Assembly: GCA_965153455.1 (NCBI GenBank)
Contig: OZ234494.1
Span: forward strand, 9,610,001 to 9,674,000
Direction of reading: 5' to 3'
Origin: Sphagnum compactum
Taxonomy: Eukaryota
Length of the DNA stretch: 64,000 nucleotides
Shown: positions 55,001 to 64,000 of the stretch, in pieces
Position numbering within the stretch: position 1 is the stretch's first letter
How the letters are laid out: each line of letters starts with the position of its first letter
Notes under the pieces: generated by a model
The model's input: only the letters and a program-made list of their open reading frames with translations
Databases searched by the model: none
Told to the model about the DNA's origin: nothing
Position numbers and translations under genes: made by a program

Positions 55001-58000
55001 TGGAAGCACCAGCAAGCAGGGTGATTGGATGGAGATGACAACTCAAGCACATTCAAGTGGAAAATTGTTCATGCCTCATATCATAGATACAGAGGATAAG
55101 GTCATTGCAGAAGCATCTAAACCTATGGTTGCCAGTGCTGAGCCACAGGATCTGAGAAAGGAATTCCTGGTATCAAGACGCATGCAAGAAAGCATGGATG
55201 AGCGAAAAAAGCTAGACCATTCTGAAGTCAAGTACTGGAATATGCTAGCAGGGGATGGGGAGATCGAGTGGGTGCAAGAGAAAGAAAGAAGAGCCTTGAT
55301 AAAGGTGAAGCGAGAGAGAGACAGCAATGACAAAGGAGAGGAAGATAGTGCTCAAACCCTTCATAAAAAACAGAAAGTTAACAACTTGTCGAACAATGTT
55401 CAACAGATCACAGTACGCATTCCAGACACTGCGAAGCTGGGATTCACACCCCCACCTGTGGGAGCAGGATCATTCTTGCAGTGGGCAATTGGCATTGGGA
55501 AAGGAAGAGTTGGGAATGACCTGAGGGAGGTTTCTATATCACCATCTGTTCTGGAACATGTCACTCCTAGGACATTGCCATCACCAGGGCCAGTGGTGGG
55601 TGCAAGTAATCTGAAAATTACAAAATTTCTTAAGGACTTACCCAGGACAAAAAGTTCAGACAAAACAAAGCTTGAAATCAAGAAGGGGAAATCTCCTCTG
55701 CAAGAAGTCCAGGGCCTCTCAGGATTCAATGTGGACCTGGTTACAAAGGAGGGCCCAGGAGTGGAGGTAAGAGAGACCTATGATGAAGTGTTGCAAGCTT
55801 CAGCAACCCAGAAGTTGACAGACCTGGATGGCAGTAGCCCGGCAGATCATGCTGCTGTCTCTGCCTTGAGACCTTCTAAATTTGGGTCATTTTTTCAGCA
55901 AGGCACCAAGTCTTTAGTACCTGAAAACGTTGTCAATCAGCAAAGAAGGGTGGCAACTGTGAAGAAGGAAGTAGATGACACATGCTTTCCATTATGGACA
56001 GCAAGGCAGACAGAGGAGGGCAAGTTACTCTCTGTGTCTGCAGGTGCCAATCCTCTGTTTTCAACTGCTGATTGCTGGGAGCAATTGCAGCCACAACAAA
56101 TAAGTTCTAGTAAAGCAAAGCCCTCTTTGGCAGGAGAAGTTCCTGCTAAAGGGAATGATGGTTTAGCTGGGACACAGCAACATGTGCCCAACCATGCTTC
56201 GAAAGGAGCACAAGATTCTCTTTCTGCCAGAGTCACAACATATGACAGTTCAAAGAATGCACGTGACATGTGGATTCATAGGTATGGAAATTTCTTGTCC
56301 AAATGTAATTTTTTGATGTTTGAACAGGCCTCTGACATTGTGAAAGTAAGTGGGGATATCCACAACAGTTATGATGGGCAAAGATCTGGTTAGGGTAGAA
56401 TTTCAGAAGATCCAGTGTGCATTGCTTGATCTCTAACACCTTTGTCACTTCTTAAAGGGTTGCTATTTCTGGAGGTAATGGTTTGCTAGCTCTAACTAGG
56501 ATTTCTGTTGTCCAGTACTATCCAAGTCGAGAATGAACTTTCAGGATGTAGCATTGATGTTTTTGTGAATTGATGGGAGAAATATGTTGTGTTTATCATG
56601 AAGGTTTTCATCCAAAGCAGTTGTTAGACCTGCTATCTGTGAGGTTCCACAACCTGCACCCATCAGGCCATCATCAAGTAAGCAAGCACTCCCACCTAAT
56701 CATACATCTCAAGAGCATTCCAAGGGCCACAAATTCACTGAGCAAGAGTGCTCACTTATCCCCCAAACTGAGTCCCACAGTGATGATGACATCCAAATCA
56801 AAGCTCCTCAGAACAATGCAGGAAAATCTTCAGGACCCCATGTGCAGAGCAATTTGTCAGCAGCAGCAGGTGGATTGCCTTTGGGAACTCTGGTTTCAAG
56901 TTTCCGTCATGGCAGCGCATATGCATGTGATGGTTCAGGGGATTTCCCCAATGAGCAGATCACTAGGGACTATGCAGCCTTGATGAGTGCAGTTAAAACC
57001 TGGAGAATAGAGACAGCCAAATATAGGGAAGACATGATCCAAAGCTCCTCCAGTAACCGGACAGGTGTGCAGCGGTGCTGGTTTTGTGGACTTCCAGGTC
57101 ATTGTGTTGTTGACTGCTCTGAAACCCTTGACTGTGAGCTTCGAGAACTTGAGAAAAGGGTGGTGAACAATGTTGAGATGTGGCTTAGTGGTGAAGTCAT
57201 CTGTCTACGGTGTCTAGGAATAGGGCACTGGGGTGTCCAGTGCCATCTTTCTGTGACTGATGCAGCATCTAGGGCACATGACAAAGCTGAGTTCTGGAAG
57301 CTGAACAAGACACAATGGATTGGGAATTCCAGAGAACAAGTAGAAAGACGAATGGAGACTGCCAGTGAGAGTCGGGATATGTGTGACTACACCAACCGGG
57401 ATACAGCAGGAGTTGTGTGTTATAACTGCAATCAGACGGGTCATTGGGCACGGTATTGTCCAAGACGTCGAAGTAGTAGTGGTTGTGGGGGTCAAAGCTC
57501 AGGTTCAGGGAAAGGTCATCAGAGCTCAAACTCTAGTGGGGGTAAGTTCCAGGCCTCTCAGAATCAAGGAAAGACAAAGGCTTATGCTCATACACCAAGT
57601 TCTGACAAACCTGCACAAGATGAGACACAAACAAGGTATTTTTCACTTTTACTTTACACTATGCCTGAGGGTCAGATGCTTGCTTGTATAGGGGCAAGGT
57701 ATGATGAGATTGTGACTACTACTCTCACAAGCTGGTTCAGGCTTTGATGAGGGTGGTATTGACTTTTTTTCCTGGCTATGCTTTTTAGTGCTATCCAAAA
57801 CATCATGATTGAGTCTTCCTGTTGAATCATCTCCACAGGTATTCAACTCTTTACAGGAGGAGTGGGTGTGCTGTTAATCCTGTTCTAGTGTCATCCCTCT
57901 CTCTGCATGTGTCCAAACTTATGATTTCTTTTCTGACTTCTGGAGTGCAACCACTGGAGTTGAGAATCTTACAGCTCTAGGGCACCACCATGCTAGGCCA

Positions 58001-60415
58001 TGGATTGTGTCAATTACTAAGTGTAAAGTCTCACCATTTCAACATGCCATTTCTTCTGGAATTTCCATCCAAGAAGTGTTTACTTGTTAGTATACCCATT
58101 GTACATGCTTTGTAGTTTTGCAATGTCTAGATGAGCCTTAAGCCATTGTTTATTTAGGACAAAGTAATTTCCTGGAATAATTTGACCTACATGTCCAAGT
58201 TGGCAGTTGGAGGATATCAGGTCTTCTCTATCATGACTTCTGAAGGATCGGGTTTCTGCCTTGCATTTAGAAAGGCTAAATTTCAAGAAAACAGATCTCT
58301 GTGGAGATTTGGGAGACTGCATGTCCTCATCATGAATGCTTTCTGTGAGATGCCATTTGATGCATGTATCTTCATGTATCTTCATGTGCTGACAACCAAG
58401 CAACAATCTGTGGGATCTGACATGTGGGTTGACAGATGCAAACCAGCCTTGATGTTTTACTCTGAAGTTTTTCACAAACTGAGTGATATCTGGTTCACAC
58501 TGTGCAGACATGTGCGACAACCAGAGACAGACACAGCAGTACCTTTGAAGTTGGAGAAATATCTATCTTGGGAGTCGCAATTGCGACCAGACCAGGAAAG
58601 ACGTGTGAGGTCAAAACCAGAGGAGGTATCCTTCTGTCCAGTTGTGTTTGGTTTAGGTTATAATTGAAACCCTGCAATTGAAGATTGGTTCACATTCATG
58701 TGGGGTTTGTCTCATTTCAAATGTAGTGTTGGAACAATGCTTGCTCATCTGTGAGTTTTCCTTTTTCATGGTTGGGTCCTTTTTGTTCTGTTTTCTTTTT
58801 CCTGCTCACTGAAATGTTTTTGCCTTAGAAATCTCTATTTCCCATTGTCAGGTCATCTCTGAATTTTATTTATGTTGAGTACAGTTTTATAATATGGAGA
58901 AGTTCTTAATGCTTATGAAGATAATTTCTCATGTCAAAATATTGTCAGAAGTCTCAGACTGAGATGGGTTTTGGGGTCTCTGTCCAACATGTCCTCAGTT
59001 TATTCAAAGTACTCTGGTACAGATTGTAATGTGAAAATTCTGTAGCTTATTTTCCGGGAGATGAGAAGAAAACCTCCACTATGTTACTGCCATGTAGGAA
59101 TTTTTGTGCATGGAACTGTATCATGAAGTGATTCAAGCTGATGTGTGTAGACCTGGGATAGATTGTTAGTTGTTTTGGGTGCTGACTTTTGCCCCTGTTT
59201 TGACATGCAGATCATTTCAGAGGTGAAGGAGCATGAGGAGAAAAATAGAAGCCAGAGAAGGAACCCAGCAGTCATCAGTACAGAAGGAATGCATCTTCAA
59301 TCTCAGAGAAGACCTCAACTGGATGGTGTGACATCTAGCAACAAGGTGGAGGGATCCAGATCAGGGAATGAGCTACCCCCTGTTCCTAATGGTATGCTGA
59401 CCACTTTAGAGCTCATACGCTTATCTCGGCCAGACCTCCAGAAGTATGTATCCTCCTAACCTCAGCCATTCTAAACAGATAGTTGCATCTTTCAATCTGG
59501 AGTTTTCCTCTTAGTTTACCCAAGTCCTTCTGGTAACCAGTAGCTGTATATTATAGTTTAGTTATGTATAATTAATTGATGAATCAGCTGTGAAATACTA
59601 ATGCATTTTTTGTTACATGCTGAAGAATAGTCTAGATAGAGACATCCAACCAAGCCATCATATAGTAGGTAATACTGATCAAAACTGCTTGCCATTTTTG
59701 ACTGTGCTCTTTCTCTTTCAAATAGGTGGGTGGACTCTCCAGATCTGGGAGCAAGGGTAAAGGGGTTCTTTTTGCGTTTGCGTTTTGGGCAGTGGGAAGC
59801 ACAGCGTGGTGGTACAGGCTATCGGATGGCACGCATTAAAGGTTCCATTTTTTGTCCTTTCCTGATTCCATATGGCAGTCTGGTTTCTGCTTGTCTAGGC
59901 TTAACCTAAGGTCTTTCAGACCTTGGATGGTATTATATTACGTAAGCTTATTACATGGCAATGCTTTTCACCTGACAGGGGCAGTTAAGAAATCTGCAGT
60001 GGGGCAAACAATGGTCATCTCAGTGGATCTGGGGGCTTCAGAGTGCAATGTGGATGGTCAATATGTCTCAAATCAGGCTTTCAAAGAGGTATTGTGCCTG
60101 GTCATATGGAAAAAACCATTTAGCAGTTGGTGGAAAATTCTTCTGAATTTCAGCTCTTTGAAAAGTGGTTGATACAGAAGGACATCCTGTTGCTGAATGG
60201 TTGAAGCTCACAGCTCCAAACTGATGCAAAAAAGTAGATTAAAAGTTCCCTTGGGAGTTTTCCTTGGGTCGGCAGTAATCTGATGTTTCTGTTGTATACA
60301 GGTGGAGCTTGCTGAGTGGTGGAGAGAAGCATGGATGAAAGGGAAAACAGTTGGATTGGAATCTGAGATCCATTTGATGTTGAGTGAACGTCAGAGGTGG
60401 CCTGTGAGTCTTTAG
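52018..60415 (+). CDS. TZP: TZP-like protein (tandem CCHC zinc knuckles plus C-terminal Plus3 domain); 5' exon structure uncertain (alternative ATG at 50788)
   Basis: Phase-consistent exons ...-53360, 53907-54077, 54217-56281, 56604-57635, 58508-58625, 59211-59443, 59726-59841, 59979-60088 and 60302-60415. Motifs MWIHRFSSK, CWFCGLPGHCVVDC..ELREL..CLRCLGIGHWGVQC, and Plus3 IRLSRPDLQKWV...GFFLRLRFGQWEAQRGGTGYRMARI...QYVSNQAFKEVELAEWW. Confidence 0.85.
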
Positions 60416-62080
60416 GCAATCGGTCATTATATATTGCACATTGTACTTGCATAAATAGCAATTGAATCTGAATAGGCTGCATTGTAATGGTCTGTATATT
60501 CATGTAATTGCCTACTTACATCCAGAGATGGTCAGGATGGTCTTTCCCCTCTCCTGAGGTTGTAAGCATGATGGCAGTTTCAGCAGCATGATTGTGCCCC
60601 CCCCCCCCCCCCCCAAGTTACTGACCCGACATGTTCCAGACCTGGAATCTAGGTTTCTGTTCCATCACTTGCCTTAATGTCTTAGCACACATTTCCATGT
60701 TCTCTCAAGCTATTCTTCACCACTTGGGCTGTATTATGGCAAGGACAACAGGTTGTATTTTCTCAAATTTTTCTGGACATTAATGACTATCACTTGGGTT
60801 GTTTTCCTATTCAGATAGGTGATGTCATCTGGTGGCCTTATTGACCCCAGAAGAGAATTTGCATGTCATACAAGTGCAGTGTAGTAGAAGATTGGTGTAG
60901 TTCTTTGGCAGAGAGGTGTTGGAATCTTACATTGCTCCGCTACAAGAAGTTTATTGGCCAGGTCAGGCAAGATTAGTTAATCATTTCTATTGAAGGTTGG
61001 CTGTTCCACTTCTTCAGGTGTTACCATGTCAGTCTGCCATCTGCCATGATCAATGAATGGGTCATGTGTGAATGATGTTGGAAATTTTGTGACAATGGGT
61101 GTGTTAACTGGTGAGTCACCAAGTGAACCTGACTCTGGTTGGTCGCAAGCCATTGATAAATGTGTACACTTATTTTATGTACAATATTCATTGCGTCATT
61201 TCATTGTGTGTACACCATTTATATTTACAGTACACTGGAGATATTTTGGGCAGTGGTGGATTAGGACAGTGTGACTTAATCTGATAAATGGCTGTTCAAT
61301 ATGGGTGGATGGTGAGATATGGGGATTGGTGATTCTTTTGATCAGTATAATACTATGACATGACTGCACATTCTCTTCCAGTTTTGTCAGACAAAAGTAA
61401 GAGTTGAGCATACGATGACTCAGTATTGAATGAAAATTTGATTGCTATCTATTTTTTCTTTGAATTTGAAACTTCTTAGCAAACTCATGTGAGCACCATG
61501 GAGTCGAGACCATCTTCTATGAAAACTGTAAAATCATCATCACCCTTAAGTCTGAACTTGGGTAGATTTGTCGAGTCCAAAAGACAAAATTCAGAAAAAT
61601 GCGAAAGATGCTTGTATTTGTAGTGATTCTATCAGTTATGAAATAAAAATGGGATTATATCCATACTGCTCATTAGTGTAAGATGGGGTAACCTGGTGGA
61701 ATTTCCACATTTGAGATATTGTTCTCCTCAAGCTAATGTTATGGATCTTAGGATGCACAGGCTTGAAATGCAGGGGTGATGAAGAACTCAGAGAGGAGCA
61801 TCACCGACAAGGGAATGTTAATCAAAACCATCTTCTATGTTCCTGATCCTAAACTTTTGTAAGCCTGTTCTATCATCATTTCTAATCTCACAATCCAATG
61901 TTAATCCTATTATAGTTCTAAACTAATTTCCTGAACACAATTATATGAAATTTCATGTGGTAATAAGAGTAGAGGAATGCTCTTGGAATGGAATGCTTGA
62001 GAAATTTGCTCTTGTGACTTGACTTCTATATAGGCAAGCATATGAGAATTGTTGGGTAAACTGGAGACAAAACTTTTACC

Positions 62081-64000
62081 TTAGAGAATGCGGTCTGACT
62101 GTGAAGGTAACCTTTTGAAGAAGTTCATGGGCAGAGCAGGCAATGGATCACGAAACCTCGGATGTCGCAATATATACACACCAAGCAGTACTGCAACCAC
62201 TTGGAATGGTGTGACATACAGGATAATTGCTGTAACCAAACAAAAGCTTATGAAGATTGCAGTTGCCCTGTACAAACAACAGCAACTGAGTATTACACCA
62301 AGCTGGTTGAAATCAGACTTGTGGATCCAATGGAAAAAAAAGCAATGGAATCATCAGAAGAGGATGGAGACGAGGCCTGGGTGATTCAAACTCTCTGACC
62401 TTGGGTCTCGCCAACTGAGGAGAGCATGTAGACGTTCTCCCATGGTGGCAAGTTCACCAAGTGCATTCTGGATTCGACCCGCAACACCCCGTAGCCTCTC
62501 ATACCTTCTTTTCAACACCTATGCATCACATTCCCAATGAAATAAAAAGTCATCAGATTTATGTGTGCAACCTTGACTCCTTTGCACACACAACCTTGAT
62601 AGGTTGATTGGATAAAAAAAGCATGGGTTAAAGATGATGGGGAGTGTGAAGTTTGCTGCTGACCTCTTGAGCTCTACTGGCAGGTACAACATTGAATTCT
62701 TCCTCCAGTTCATCCAGATCACCAATGTGCTCACCCTGTGAAAGCTTGGCATCCATGAAGGGAGGAGTTCTGGAACGGAATCGATAGTTCCAAGCTCCAA
62801 TCAGGAACATGTATAGAAACATAGTTGGGAGCAAGAGCTCAGGGTACCACACAAGAATCAACAAAAGGATGTGAACAAGAACAGTTGTGACTGGGGATTT
62901 CCAGCTGCAAATATCTGAAAACCAGTTCATCACTGCCATAACACCATTGAGCACACCCTGCACACACGCACCCAAAAAACAAAAGGCAGTTATTTTTGCT
63001 GTCAAAAGTTTTTCAGTATATTGAAGGAAGTCATGAAGTTCATAACATACTGTAGCCTGTAGGAATTTTCTAGCTTGAAAGAGAAGCTCACAAATGGGCA
63101 AATGTTTGAGAGCAGCAAGAACAGTTGACAATTGCCCTCCACAGGCAAAATGGAAATGATTTTAGTTCTCAAGTTCAAGGAAGCATATTATATTACCATA
63201 ATACGAAAGTAGTTAGCTTTGCTCCTACGCATACTCCACCGCTCTGCTTCTGTGTCAAGCATAAATTGAACAATCTCTTGCCTCAATGGAGGCTCAGATC
63301 TCATTAGTCTCAAAGCCACTATATTCATTGCTGCAACTCGCAATGTTTCCAACTGCTTTGCATCAAGAGGGTAGAAGTAATGCATTCGGGGTAACTGAGG
63401 CTGCAAGTAAGCTTGCATGAGGTTCAATGTGGAAGCACATGATAGCCGAACAGCCAGCTCCAGCTCTCCCATTTTCTTCACACCGTGGGGTGTGACAACC
63501 AACAATGGATATGCATTGGTATATACACGGTCACTCTCGAGTGTTGACAGACGTATTCGTACTTTGCCAATTGGAAGATCTTTTGCACCCGTTGGCTTAT
63601 CTGGTGTCATGAGATTAAATGTATGGCTGCAGAATCAATTGCAACAGGGTCAGATTTATACTGCACATCCACATATGCAAAGACTCTATCCTAGAAATCT
63701 TCTTATTACTCAAAATCAGACTAATATACTCTAAAAATTGCCATGACATCATAACTTATTGTGCTCCTGATCTCAGCCCATAATAAGACATACCGATTGT
63801 CGAATACACCAACTGTCAGTACAGTGCAAGGATCATCAACCTCCCATGTGTACTGTTCATTCCAGCGAGGATTGAAGCTCTCAAAAATGGTGCGGGTTCG
63901 AATCCACTTTTGCCCATATTTTGCAACACAATAAGCATCCGTACTCCCACGGCTGTCCTTGGTAGCCTTCATTGGGAGTAGGTTATTGGCACCATGGATG
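62081..64000 (-). CDS. MCTP: Multiple C2 domain and transmembrane region protein (FTIP/QUIRKY family), 3' portion; gene continues beyond the window
   Basis: C2 domain GSTDAYCVAKYGQKWIRTRT..NPRWNEQYTWEV, IGKVRIRLSTLE, WSMRRSKAN, and PRT_C region YPELLLPT..DELEEEF..RYERLRGVAGRIQ..LLSWRDPRAT..NFFKRLPSQSDRIL*. At least five exons. Confidence 0.95.

Overview
Eukaryotic land-plant genomic DNA with spliceosomal introns and AT-rich intergenic space full of decayed DNA transposons. It looks bryophyte-like, possibly Sphagnum, but this is an inference. Intact-looking genes lie in the right third: a TPR protein gene (-, 41917-46568), a TZP-like zinc-knuckle/Plus3 gene (+, about 52018-60415) and the 3' half of an MCTP gene (-, 62081 to beyond 64000). 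The left 41 kb is a mosaic. It holds a disrupted PIF-like 5' gene portion running in frame into an ABC1-kinase exon, and a Helitron helicase pseudogene split by a precisely bounded CACTA element. It also holds hAT and MULE transposase relics, a small non-autonomous Helitron, and orphan exon fragments of BTF3 and a sirtuin. The best novel candidate is a 2-3 kb inverted duplication (about 3090-5265 vs 20320-23290) carrying two head-to-head small-peptide ORFs. Their amphipathic-helix coding segment is far more diverged than the adjacent DNA, mostly by amino-acid-changing substitutions. All homology calls come from reading motifs by eye; no database search was run.
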